From the NCBI GenBank assembly GCA_963825055.1, contig CAWGSK010000015.1:32001-96000 (forward strand): a DNA stretch of 64,000 bases, in the 5' to 3' direction. Under the pieces are notes generated by a model that searched no databases, had not been told where the DNA came from, and saw nothing but the letters and a program-made list of their open reading frames with translations. The position numbers and the translations under genes were made by a program. Positions 27,576-40,167 of the stretch are shown piece by piece (position 1 is the first letter of the stretch; every line of letters begins with the position of its first letter). This DNA comes from an uncultured Gemmatimonadales bacterium. Its GTDB lineage: Bacteria > Gemmatimonadota > Gemmatimonadetes > Gemmatimonadales > GWC2-71-9.

Positions 27576-28988
27576 CACTTCCGGGCGGCAGGATGGCACC
27601 TTGCCGCGGTCCTCGCCCTGGCCGGCTGCGGCGGGGGTGGCCACCCCGACGTGATCGCCTTTCAGGCCGTCACCCTCATCGACGGCACCGGCGCCGCTCC
27701 GCGTTCGTCCATGACGGTCGTGACGGAAGGGAACCGGATCACTGCCGTCGGACCGAAAGATTCCGTCAGGATTCCCCGAGGTGCGCAGGTCGTAGACGCA
27801 TCCGGGAAGTATCTCGTCCCCGGTCTCTGGGATATGCACGTCCACCTCTCCAAGGCCAAGGCGGAGGCGCTTCCGGTGCTGGTTGCCAACGGCGTCACCT
27901 CGGTCCGCGACATGGGAGGTGACCTGGACGAGCTCCGCGGGTGGCAGCGGGCCATCAGGGCGGGTGAGATCGTCGGGCCAAGGATAAAGATGGCTGGCCC
28001 CATGCTGGAGGCACCGGCTACCGTGAAGAGGCTGGCCGCGAGCAAGACCCACGAGAAGTGGCTTGTGACACGGGTTCCCATTCCCGACACGGCGTCGGCG
28101 AGCCGGGTGGTGGATTCGCTCACGGCGCTCGGCGTGGATTTCATCAAGATCAGGGAAGCGGCGTCAAACGAGACCTATGCCGCTGTTGTGAGAGCGGCAC
28201 ATCGCCGTGGAATGATGGTCGTCGGCCACGCACCGTACGGGATGGATCCCGTGAAGGGCGCCTCCCTCGGCGTGGCCAGTTTCGAGCACGCTTCCTACCC
28301 CTATCCGCTCGACACGGTTCCCGCTCGACGGAAAGAAATCCTCGACGCCTTCGTATCCAATCACGTCGTCATCGTGCCGACCCTCGTGGCGTGGTGGACG
28401 CACCTCATGGACGAGGATTCCGTCCGTGTGCTCGTGGAGGACAGCACCGGTGCCAGGGATCCCAGGCGGCGGCTGATCTCGGGTTTCCTGGCGTATGAAT
28501 GGCAGGTGGATGTCGACAAGGCGAAACGGAAGAACAACGCGACCATGCTCGGCTGGAGAGGGTTCTTCTTCACTCAGGCCCGCGATCTCCAGGCCATGCA
28601 TGAGGCCGGTGTACCCATGCTTCCGGGCAGCGATCTCGCGGGGCCGCCACTGTTCCCCGGCTACTCCCTCCACGATGAGCTCGAGAACCTCGTGCGATAC
28701 GTCGGCCTCACGCCGATGGAGGCCATCGAGAGCGCGACCCGGCAACCGGCCGACTTCTTCGGGATGGAGGACTCGCTGGGCACGGTCGAGCCCGGCAAGC
28801 TGGCGGACCTGGTGCTCCTGAGCGCCAATCCGCTGGAAGACATCGGGAACACCAGACGGATCGCCGGTGTGGTGCTGAATGGCCGCTACATCGACCGGGA
28901 AGAGATACGTGGGCTGCTGGAGGGGCTTACGCCGGAAACCACGGGGAACATCACGCTGGAGCAGGCGGTGGATTCAACCGGGCACTAG
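27558..28988 (+). CDS. Amidohydrolase family lipoprotein
   Basis: LAGC lipobox; PGLWDMHVH, GVDFIK, GH, EH, GSD, G.VEPGKLADLVLL..NPL. Confidence 0.9.
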   Translation: MLFLQHHFRAAGWHLAAVLALAGCGGGGHPDVIAFQAVTLIDGTGAAPRSSMTVVTEGNRITAVGPKDSVRIPRGAQVVDASGKYLVPGLWDMHVHLSKAKAEALPVLVANGVTSVRDMGGDLDELRGWQRAIRAGEIVGPRIKMAGPMLEAPATVKRLAASKTHEKWLVTRVPIPDTASASRVVDSLTALGVDFIKIREAASNETYAAVVRAAHRRGMMVVGHAPYGMDPVKGASLGVASFEHASYPYPLDTVPARRKEILDAFVSNHVVIVPTLVAWWTHLMDEDSVRVLVEDSTGARDPRRRLISGFLAYEWQVDVDKAKRKNNATMLGWRGFFFTQARDLQAMHEAGVPMLPGSDLAGPPLFPGYSLHDELENLVRYVGLTPMEAIESATRQPADFFGMEDSLGTVEPGKLADLVLLSANPLEDIGNTRRIAGVVLNGRYIDREEIRGLLEGLTPETTGNITLEQAVDSTGH

Positions 28989-29002
28989 TCCGGCTCCTGT
29001 GG

Positions 29003-29458
29003 TCACGGGCGGGTCAGGCGTGACAGCACCCGGTCCAGCGCATCAGCAAACGCCTGCTTCGCCCTGGAATCGTAGGTTGGCGGGCCGCCGGTTACGATGC
29101 CGGCCATCCGGGCCTGCTCCATGAAGTCCCGCATGCTGAGCCGCTCACCGATCGTCTCAGCCGTATGTTCCTCGCCCCTCGGGTCCAGCACCGCGATGCC
29201 ACGGGGCACCAGCTGGGCCGCCAGCGGAATGTCCTGGGTGACCACCAGGTCTCCCGCCTCGGCGTGGTCGGCGATGTGCTGGTCGGCCACGTCCGCGCCA
29301 CCGTCCACCCACACCGTGCTCACGAAGGGATTGCCGGGCGGGGCCTGGAGGCGCAGGTTGGCCACGAGCAGGGTCTCCAGCTTGAGCCGTTTCGCGGCCC
29401 GGAAGACGAGTTCCTTGACGTCGCGGGGCGCGGCGTCGGCGTCGATCCAGATCTTCAC
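29003..29458 (-). CDS. YaiI/YqxD (UPF0178) family protein
   Basis: MKIWIDADA.P, ADVAD..I, DLVVTQDIPLA, PRGE; GTG start overlaps the ArsR stop. Confidence 0.92.
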   Translation of the reverse strand: MKIWIDADAAPRDVKELVFRAAKRLKLETLLVANLRLQAPPGNPFVSTVWVDGGADVADQHIADHAEAGDLVVTQDIPLAAQLVPRGIAVLDPRGEEHTAETIGERLSMRDFMEQARMAGIVTGGPPTYDSRAKQAFADALDRVLSRLTRP

Positions 29459-30141
29459 GACCCCACCACGTTCAGCCTGTGCAGGAATGCCTCGCCGGCC
29501 TGGAGAATGACGATCTCCCGGGTACCGGATACCCGTCGGAGGTGGCGCAGCGCGAGCATGTGGTCGAGCAGGGCCGCGCCCAGGGCGCCGGCCAGGTGCA
29601 TCCGGCGTTCGCTCCAGTCGAGGCAGGGCCGGCAGAGCTTCCGCCGGGAAGACCGCAGGGTGGCCAGGTCAATGCCGAAGTTCCCACACCACCTCTCGCC
29701 ACGGGGGGTGAGCGCCAGCGATCCGTCCTCCTGTTCGACCAGTCCCTTCTTTTCCAGCTGGTCCAGCAACCGGACCGCCACTTCGCCAGCGAGGTGGTCG
29801 TAGCAGACCCGGATCCGCCTCATCTGCTCACTCCGCGGGCCCGGGCGCCTGGTGCGGGATGGCCCCGGCGGAGCGATACACATCAATCCCTCGATGGCGC
29901 CGGCCACTTCGGGGCTCGCGATCCGGAAATACCGGTGGCGGCCCTGGCGGGTAATGCTCACGAGGCCGGCGGACGTCAGCCGGGTCAGGTGGCTGCTGGC
30001 CGTGGAGGCCGATACGCCACCCTCCAGCGACAACTCGGTGGCGGTCAGGGCCCGTCCCTCCATCAGGGCGGAGAGCATCCGCACGCGGGTAGGGTCTCCC
30101 AGCAGGGTCGCGACCCGGGCAATATCAGGGGTGTCGGGCAT
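29455..30141 (-). CDS. ArsR/SmtB family regulator with C-terminal CYDHLAG/CLDWSER domain
   Basis: wHTH (LGDPTRVRML..TASSHL..L..QGRHRYF) plus the conserved Cys motifs. Confidence 0.9.
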   Translation of the reverse strand: MPDTPDIARVATLLGDPTRVRMLSALMEGRALTATELSLEGGVSASTASSHLTRLTSAGLVSITRQGRHRYFRIASPEVAGAIEGLMCIAPPGPSRTRRPGPRSEQMRRIRVCYDHLAGEVAVRLLDQLEKKGLVEQEDGSLALTPRGERWCGNFGIDLATLRSSRRKLCRPCLDWSERRMHLAGALGAALLDHMLALRHLRRVSGTREIVILQAGEAFLHRLNVVGS

Positions 30142-30143
30142 AT

Positions 30144-30212
30144 TTCGATGTTAGTCAAAGCATAGCAGACGCGCAATCGGTAGCTTCCCGGACGTTTCGT
30201 CAGGTCATCGAA
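30144..30212. promoter_or_regulatory. Two imperfect TTCG..CGAA palindromes; possible ArsR operators
   Basis: TTCGATGTTAGTCAAA (30144) and TTCGTCAGGTCATCGAA (30196) in the divergent intergenic region. Confidence 0.35.
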
Positions 30213-30235
30213 CCGCTACCGGGGAGGATGCTGGA

Positions 30236-30724
30236 ATGGCAGGTCGCACGCACGAACACGAAGCGCTGGTCACCTGGACCGGAAACACCGGTTCCGGCAC
30301 CGCTACCTATGCCGGGTACGGCCGGTCCTGGCGTACAGCCGTCCCGGGAAAACCGGACCTGGATGGCTCGGCCGAACCGCTTTTTCGGGGTGACCCGGCG
30401 CGATACAACCCCGAAGATCTCCTGCTCATCTCGGTTTCCTCCTGCCATATGCTGAGCTACCTCGCGCTCTGCGCCCGCCACGGGGTGACAGTCCTGTCCT
30501 ACGAGGATGATGCGAAGGGCAGGATGTCGTTCGGTGGGGACGGCGGGGGGCGGTTCGAGGAGGTCGTGCTTCACCCGAAGGTGACCCTCGACAGTGGGGC
30601 CGATGCCGCGCTCGCCGCCAGGCTGCACGAGCGGGCGCACGAACTGTGCTTCATCGCCAACTCGTGCCGGATGCCGATCCGGGTGGAGGCGACCATCCGG
30701 GCTGCGGCGACGGAGGCCGCATGA
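30236..30724 (+). CDS. OsmC/Ohr family protein
   Basis: WTGN.G.GT..Y..Y.R, NPEDLL..SSCHML, AHELCFIANS. Confidence 0.92.
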   Translation: MAGRTHEHEALVTWTGNTGSGTATYAGYGRSWRTAVPGKPDLDGSAEPLFRGDPARYNPEDLLLISVSSCHMLSYLALCARHGVTVLSYEDDAKGRMSFGGDGGGRFEEVVLHPKVTLDSGADAALAARLHERAHELCFIANSCRMPIRVEATIRAAATEAA

Positions 30725-31104
30725 AGGACCTGTCGATCCGGCTCGAACATCGGCCGGGGGCCCTGGCGGAGATGGGCGAAGCCCTGGGGCAGGCCGGGGT
30801 GAGTGTGGAAGGCGGGGGCGCCTTTGCCACCGATGGGCATGGGATGGCGCATTTCCTCGTCGAGGACGAGGTGGCGGCGCGACGTGCGCTGGGAGAGGCG
30901 GGCATCGTGGTGCAGGCGGTGAGGGAGGTCGTGCAGCTCCGGCTGGACCAGGGTACGCCCGGCCAGTTAGGCCTGATCTCGCGCCGGATGGCCGAGGCGG
31001 GGGTGAGTATCGAGGCGCTGTACACCGACCACGCGCAGCGCCTGACGCTGGTGGTGGATGATCTCGGTGCTGCCCGGAGGGTGGCCGGTCAGTGGAAGCA
31101 GTAA
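30721..31104 (+). CDS. Tandem ACT-domain protein
   Basis: RPGALAEMGEALGQAGVSVEG and PGQLG.ISRRMAEAGVSI; ATGA-coupled to osmC. Confidence 0.85.
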   Translation: MKDLSIRLEHRPGALAEMGEALGQAGVSVEGGGAFATDGHGMAHFLVEDEVAARRALGEAGIVVQAVREVVQLRLDQGTPGQLGLISRRMAEAGVSIEALYTDHAQRLTLVVDDLGAARRVAGQWKQ

Positions 31105-31152
31105 GGAGTGCTTCCGCTCATCGCTCCGGCCGTGCCGCGGCCGGCGCGTCAC

Positions 31153-31908
31153 TCAATCGTCGATGGTCCACGATCCCGATACGGTGACGCTCACGGAAAT
31201 ACTCGGCTCAATGACTTCCGAGCCCTGGGTTGGGGCTGCTGTCAGGATGGAGCCGTAGGGATACGGACGAGATTCCCCGGTAACGAGGCTCCGCACCTGT
31301 CCCAGGCGGTGACCGCTCGCCTCCGCGATGATCCCCGCTTCCGATTGTGCGCGTCGCGTGGCTTCCCGAAGCAGTTCTTCCCGGATTTTGTCGGTCTGCG
31401 TGGCCTGGTAGCGGAGATTGAACTCGAGGATACCCTGCACCAGCAGTGAGTCGATCGCGGAGCCTACCCTGCTCATGTCGTGAATCCGGATATCCATGGC
31501 ATCGTGGTAGCGGTAGGTCGTATCCTGGAAGCACCGCTGCCCGCTCGGGACTTCCGTCGTGCGCTCGCACCGGTTCGCGGGAATCGGCACGACCTTTCCG
31601 CGCCACCACCAGTTCCACTGGCTGCTTCGTCCGGTGGGCATGGAGTCCCGTGCAATTCCCAGTGAGCCCATGGCCGTGCGGAGCCTGGCGGCGATGGCGG
31701 CCGCGTTGGAGCCGGCCTCGAGCGGGCTGTCGCCAGTGGCGGAAAACTGGAGCGTGATGATCGCGAGGTCGGGCCGGATGGAGCGGCTGGCGGTGGCGCT
31801 GGTCCGAATGAGCGGCTGCTGGCCGGCTTCATTGTCTTGGCCATACGCCACCGTAGTCGTGCCCAGTACGGCGGTCACGACGAGCACTCCTGCTCCCGGC
31901 ATTCGCAT
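31153..31908 (-). CDS. SIMPL (DUF541) domain protein
   Basis: Signal peptide; PDLA.I, L..A...A...A..IA.A.G..LG.V, I...V.V...W. Confidence 0.8.
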   Translation of the reverse strand: MRMPGAGVLVVTAVLGTTTVAYGQDNEAGQQPLIRTSATASRSIRPDLAIITLQFSATGDSPLEAGSNAAAIAARLRTAMGSLGIARDSMPTGRSSQWNWWWRGKVVPIPANRCERTTEVPSGQRCFQDTTYRYHDAMDIRIHDMSRVGSAIDSLLVQGILEFNLRYQATQTDKIREELLREATRRAQSEAGIIAEASGHRLGQVRSLVTGESRPYPYGSILTAAPTQGSEVIEPSISVSVTVSGSWTIDD

Positions 31909-32109
31909 TCGGTCTCCGATTCGTCGACGGTAGACCGTTGCAGGATTAGGTCAGGGTAGGAGTGTGCCTGCGGGGGGAAATTCCGCAAGGGGAGAGTCGA
32001 GGAGCCATGCCCGGTCATATCTGTGATTACCTCTAACGGCGCTGCACGGCGCCGCGTCGACCGGGTTCCTGATGCCTCCTCTCCGATCAGTCTGGTCCCT
32101 GTGGGACGA

Positions 32110-32970
32110 TCACGCTCTCTCGGCTGCGTGCCAGTCCTCATCGGAGCCCCATCCAAAAGCTCTTCTCGCCCTGCGCTCAAACCACCTGGTCGCAGATCTA
32201 AAGCGTTGAGGCGAAGCGATTTTATCAATCTCCCATACCACTAACCGCGCTTGGCGGCTCTGGTATATGGCTAGTTTCTTAATCCGAAGATTCTCAGGAG
32301 CTCCCGGAATGCCTCCCAGGCGAGAGAGCAGGTAGTAGCCCAGAAGCTGGTTGAACTGCTCACGCGGCACCCTACCGTGCTTTGAAGTCTTGATTTCGAC
32401 TAACATGTCGTCCACCAGCAGGTCGGCATCAGCGCCGACTACAAGTGGACTAGCAACAAAAAGCGGATTTACCAACCCATAGTTTGTAGGGGCGAATTCC
32501 GTGAGCGGCACGAGGTCGATCAGCTGCCGCAATTCACTCACGTACCTCGCAGGCATGGGCTTCAGTACGTATTCGGCTCCGATTCCTGCCCGAAACAGCG
32601 GATCAATCTGCGCCATCTCTACGGCAGATCGGCAGATTCCCACTGATACCCTGCCAGTTGCGCAAAAGCGTGCGAGACGTCGCCGTGCGACTGCGATTCG
32701 CTTGGCAATCGTACGGGCCAGCCGTGAATGCGGCTTGCGAAGTAGATCCGGAACGGCCTCAGCGACCCACCTTTCTCTCTCAACGTATAGTGGATACTTC
32801 GCAAGCAACGTCCAGCGTAGCAAGTAGTCGAATCCTGTCCCGATCCATGAAGGGATAGGAACAGATAGAGGAACAATGGTCGGAGCAGAACGAATGATGT
32901 TTGGGCGAACAAAGTGTTCCTTGAGGTATGCCCGCACGTCAGGGAGTGATACGAAACTAGTCAGACTCAC
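32110..32970 (-). CDS. Hypothetical protein with a PD-(D/E)xK nuclease-like motif; lower GC
   Basis: GADADLLVDDMLVEIKTSK ... QLLGY; GAGG SD before GTG 32970; many A/T-ending codons. Confidence 0.7.
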   Translation of the reverse strand: MSLTSFVSLPDVRAYLKEHFVRPNIIRSAPTIVPLSVPIPSWIGTGFDYLLRWTLLAKYPLYVERERWVAEAVPDLLRKPHSRLARTIAKRIAVARRRLARFCATGRVSVGICRSAVEMAQIDPLFRAGIGAEYVLKPMPARYVSELRQLIDLVPLTEFAPTNYGLVNPLFVASPLVVGADADLLVDDMLVEIKTSKHGRVPREQFNQLLGYYLLSRLGGIPGAPENLRIKKLAIYQSRQARLVVWEIDKIASPQRFRSATRWFERRARRAFGWGSDEDWHAAERA

Positions 32971-33009
32971 GGTGCACCTCACCCTATGCCAGAGGTTACG
33001 CCACTTCCT

Positions 33010-33039
33010 GGTAGGGAGCGGACTTTTCGCTGCCCTACC
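33010..33039 (-). terminator. Hairpin downstream of the hemolysin III gene
   Basis: ggtagggagcgga-ctt-ttcgctgccctacc. Confidence 0.4.
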
Positions 33040-33134
33040 CGACTCCGGTCCTTGAACACTGATGGGTGAGTGTGTGTAGAAACTCTCGCGGTGCAAGAGG
33101 CGACGGGCAGACTAGCGAAATCCGGAGCCGGAGC

Positions 33135-33785
33135 CTATCCGCTCGTCGCGTACCTCAGCACGGCGGTGAAGTGGCAAACGCTGCCCGCCAGCACCATCAC
33201 ATGCCACCAGGCGTGCCGGTAGGGCAGGTAATCCCGCTGATAGAAGATCACGCCTGCCGTATAGAACAGCCCGCCCGCCACCAGCCAGGCCAGTCCGCCC
33301 GGAGGCAGGATCCGCATGAGCGGTCCGGCCCCGATCACGGCGAGCCAGCCCATCCCGAGGTACATCACCGTGGAAAGCCGCGGGAAGCGGAAACCGAGGA
33401 TCGTCTTGTGGAGAATGCCGAGGACGGCGAGCCCCCAGATGATCCCGAAGAGGGTCCAGCCCCAGGTTCCGTTCAGGACGCCGAGGGTGAGGGGGGTGTA
33501 GCTCCCTGCAATCAGCAGGTAGATCGCGATGTGGTCCACAATCCGCATGACGTGCTTGGCACGGGTCCGCGAAGCCGGGATGGCATGGTAGACAGTGGAA
33601 GAGGTATAGAGGAACACCAGGGTGACAGCGAAGACGCTGCAGGCCACAACCTGCCGGGTGCTCCCGTGCGCCCCGACCACCCAGAGCAGCAGCGGCAGCC
33701 CGACCAGGCTGGCGGCGAGGCCGGAGCCATGGATCAGGGCGTTCGCGAGTTCCTCGCGGCGGGTCTGGGGGCGGTGGACGGTCAT
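33135..33785 (-). CDS. Hemolysin III / PAQR family membrane protein
   Basis: EELANALIHG, SSTVYH, DHIAIYLLIAGSYTP, HAWWH..VL.G...H. Confidence 0.93.
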   Translation of the reverse strand: MTVHRPQTRREELANALIHGSGLAASLVGLPLLLWVVGAHGSTRQVVACSVFAVTLVFLYTSSTVYHAIPASRTRAKHVMRIVDHIAIYLLIAGSYTPLTLGVLNGTWGWTLFGIIWGLAVLGILHKTILGFRFPRLSTVMYLGMGWLAVIGAGPLMRILPPGGLAWLVAGGLFYTAGVIFYQRDYLPYRHAWWHVMVLAGSVCHFTAVLRYATSG

Positions 33786-33801
33786 GAGTGGAAGGTAATT
33801 C

Positions 33802-33893
33802 GACGGGCGGACGGGCGGACAGGGCGGACAGGCGGACAGGGCGGACAGGGCGGACAGGACGGACAGGACGGACAGGGCGGACAGGACGGACAG
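33802..33893 (+). repeat. Intergenic RCGGACAGG array (about 10 units, some only 8 nt)
   Basis: gcggacgg gcggacagg gcggacag gcggacagg ... acggacag. Confidence 0.9.
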
Positions 33894-33897
33894 CGGG

Positions 33898-34302
33898 TCA
33901 GGGCCTTTCCCGTTCCTCTTCCATGCTCAACATCATGTTAATGGTGAACTTATTGAATCCCTTCTCACCGAGTTCGTTCGCAATCGTCCGGTTGCGTTCG
34001 TAGAACTCCTGTTCGAGGCGCCGGGCCTCCACAGGATCATCGCTTGTCAGGTGACTCGTGCTGAGAGCGGGCAGATCTTCACACTCTCCGGTCGCGTACA
34101 GGCGGAGGTGGCTGTCACCTGCCATGCGGTGCGTTGCGTAGTAGTCCAGGTAGTCCCCCTGCTCGTTTCTCCCGAACGCATACTGAATGAGCCAGCCTTC
34201 GGCCTGGAAGAAACCGGGACGCCGGTCTAGCAGTGCCCGCGCCGGTAATTCCAGCTTCCAGGTGCGGAACCTCTTTCTGAACTCCCCGGCAATTCTCTCC
34301 AC
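33898..34302 (-). CDS. Hypothetical protein, lower GC
   Basis: GGAG SD before GTG 34302; YLDYYATHRM.GD.H.R; no recognised family. Confidence 0.6.
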   Translation of the reverse strand: MERIAGEFRKRFRTWKLELPARALLDRRPGFFQAEGWLIQYAFGRNEQGDYLDYYATHRMAGDSHLRLYATGECEDLPALSTSHLTSDDPVEARRLEQEFYERNRTIANELGEKGFNKFTINMMLSMEEERERP

Positions 34303-34417
34303 AGCGGATACTCCACGTCCATAGGGCCGGTTTGAAAGCTGTACTTCGGTTTCAATATCCGTCAGGGGTGTGACAAAAAGGCGGCTGACCCCCGGGACCA
34401 GTCGCCCACTCAGCAAG

Positions 34418-34441
34418 GACTCAAAATCAACGACTAACGAC

Positions 34442-34455
<14 letters not shown>
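34418..34455 (-). repeat. Degenerate GTTGARTC/GTTAGTC array containing the kgd stop
   Basis: Minus strand GTTGAATC GTAAGTC GTTAGTC GTTGATT TTGAGTC. Confidence 0.55.
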
Positions 34456-38077
<3,622 letters not shown>

Positions 38078-38195
38078 TCTGCGTCAGAAGGCGTACTTTG
38101 GCCCAGAGCGGAAAGATAACGGGGAGGGAAGAGGGACAGGCGCTGGGGGATGCTACTCCATGGCCAGGATGCTGATGGCCGATCCCCGATCCCCC

Positions 38196-39164
38196 CTACT
38201 TCTTCGGCAACTGCAGCCTTCCGACCTTCATCCTTCCCGCCGCATAGACGCCACCGCCCCAGTTCACGAAGACACTGTCGTTCGCGTCCCGGTACGCGAC
38301 CGACCCTTCAGGAAAGGTGCGCAGCGGCTTTCCGGTCGAGTCAATGATGGCCCAACGCGGCTCAGCATTGACTTCCCAGGTCGTCAGGGCGTATCCGCTC
38401 ACGAGCTGGTATTTCGCGTCGGAGAAGGTGAACGTGCTGGCGCCGGGCGGGACATCCGGTGCCGGCTTGGGCTGTACCGGCAGGGCGGGGATGCGAGCTG
38501 GTGCCCGTCGGGCTGGCGAGGAATCATGGGGGGTAACTGCGACCCGTCCGGCGGCCGGAGCCACCGGAGTGGCCACCGCAGGTGTCGCCGTTGCCGGCCG
38601 GGCCTGCTTCGGTTTCGGGCTGGGTGGCGGCGGGGGTGGAGCGTTGGTCCCAGCGGTCTGGCCGCTGGCGCCTGACTTCGCGGTGGCTTCGGCGAGCGTA
38701 GTCTTGCCCTTCGTGATGGGGCGGAACTCCTTGTAGGCGCTGGACAGGGCCTCGAGACCTGTTTCGTTGGTGTGTCCGACCCCATTGCAGGCCGCGCTGG
38801 TCACGAGTGGGTCGTCATTGCAGATGAGGCGACTGTTCACCCTACCGCCAATCGTCTTGCCATCCCACGAGAAGCCACCGAGGATCCTGAAATCCTCCCG
38901 CAACTCCTTCGTTTTCTTGTCCCATCGAACCACCGCCTCCGCAGGGAAGCGGTGCACCAGGTGGGTGTTGTCACCCACCATCAGCAGGTCGCAGGTCCCG
39001 TTGAAGAGATAGGTATGACGGGAGTTCTTCGGGACGCCGGAGGCTTCCTGAAGTTTCAGGCCCGTGCAATTGGTCGCGGGTCCCATGAATTCCTGGGCCC
39101 GAAGGCTGCCGGCGGGGATACCCGCAAGCAGGGTGAGCAGCACGGCAATGGGGCGGGCGGACAT
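38196..39164 (-). CDS. Secreted hypothetical protein: Cys-containing N-domain, Pro/Ala linker, small C-domain
   Basis: Signal peptide; GGAGG SD; PPPPPPSPKPK linker. Confidence 0.75.
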   Translation of the reverse strand: MSARPIAVLLTLLAGIPAGSLRAQEFMGPATNCTGLKLQEASGVPKNSRHTYLFNGTCDLLMVGDNTHLVHRFPAEAVVRWDKKTKELREDFRILGGFSWDGKTIGGRVNSRLICNDDPLVTSAACNGVGHTNETGLEALSSAYKEFRPITKGKTTLAEATAKSGASGQTAGTNAPPPPPPSPKPKQARPATATPAVATPVAPAAGRVAVTPHDSSPARRAPARIPALPVQPKPAPDVPPGASTFTFSDAKYQLVSGYALTTWEVNAEPRWAIIDSTGKPLRTFPEGSVAYRDANDSVFVNWGGGVYAAGRMKVGRLQLPKK

Positions 39165-39243
39165 ATTCCCTCCAGGGCGATCCGGTCGGAGTTGCTGTCT
39201 CTGCTACCGGAACGGACTGGGGGGAACGACGGGGCCACCTTGT

Positions 39244-39320
39244 CACTGCCCACTGCCCACTGCCCACTGTCTACTGCCTACTCCCTACTCCCTACTCCCT
39301 ACTCCCTACTCCCTACTCCC
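39244..39320 (+). repeat. 7-mer tandem array, 11 units, graded from CACTGCC to TACTCCC
   Basis: cactgcc x3, cactgtc, tactgcc, tactccc x6; the minus-strand GGGAGTA units give the nei TAG. Confidence 0.95.
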
Positions 39321-40167
39321 CCTGGCACCCCCCGCACCAGTACGTCGAGCGGTTCAATGTCCCCTGCCGGGTCATCTCGATGGTGGTGCCGCAGACCAGG
39401 CAGGGCTCCCCACTTCGGCCGTAAACCCAGGCCTTGCCGCCTTTTCCGCCGAAACGGGTGCGCCGGGTGCCGCCTTCCAGATTCCGTCGCATGAGGGCAC
39501 GGGCCTCCTCCAGGAGGCCGGTGAGGGCCGTGTCTTCCAGGTCCCGGACGGGCGTGAACGGCGAGATCCGCCGGATGAACAGCACCTCGGACTTGTAGAC
39601 ATTCCCGATGCCGCTTGCGATGGCCTGCTGCAGGAGGGCCTCGGCGATGGTGAGGTCCTGATGATTCCGGAATCGGGGAATCGCCTCGACGGGGTCGAAG
39701 CTCTCCGCCAGGATGTCGGGGCCGAGCCGGTTGAGCCACTGGTGGCGGCGGAGGGCGCCGGCGGTGAGGACCTCCAGTTCCTTCGGCGTGAAGCAGACCG
39801 CGACCGCGCGATCGGTATGCAGGACGAGATGCGCGTTCCGCTCTGACTTCCTCCACGCTTCGCCGGGACGGTAGAGGTGCCAGGAACCGGTCATGCCCAG
39901 GTGGGAGTGGATCACCCGGCCGTCGTCGAGATGAATCAGGAGATGCTTACCGCGGGCCTCGACGTCGGTGATCGTGCGGCCGGTGAGCAGGGTCGAGGAT
40001 GGGTCGCCGATGGTTTTCGCGACCGAGGTCGCGCCTCGGCTGTCTGTCGCTGAAGCGACGACGCCTGGAGCGGTATGCGGTCCGCCCGTGGCGCTTCGGA
40101 TGGTGTGTCCCACGAGGACCGGCCGCAGGGTCATGGCGGTCCGGAGGATCGTATCGCCTTCAGGCAT
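39313..40167 (-). CDS. nei: Fpg/Nei family DNA glycosylase
   Basis: MPEGD N-terminus, RGKHLL, HLGMTGSW, H2TH GIGNVYKSE, C4 zinc finger; overlaps the lhr stop. Confidence 0.93.
   Translation of the reverse strand: MPEGDTILRTAMTLRPVLVGHTIRSATGGPHTAPGVVASATDSRGATSVAKTIGDPSSTLLTGRTITDVEARGKHLLIHLDDGRVIHSHLGMTGSWHLYRPGEAWRKSERNAHLVLHTDRAVAVCFTPKELEVLTAGALRRHQWLNRLGPDILAESFDPVEAIPRFRNHQDLTIAEALLQQAIASGIGNVYKSEVLFIRRISPFTPVRDLEDTALTGLLEEARALMRRNLEGGTRRTRFGGKGGKAWVYGRSGEPCLVCGTTIEMTRQGTLNRSTYWCGGCQGE

Noticed and set aside
32030..33000. Integron cassette (attC) around the low-GC nuclease gene
   Set aside because: A CTCTAAC word is present, but there is no paired GTTRRRY core with attC symmetry and no integrase
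33802..33893. CRISPR array interpretation of the repeat arrays
   Set aside because: Units are 7-9 nt and directly adjacent, with no 23-47 nt repeats separated by unique spacers; no cas genes in the window
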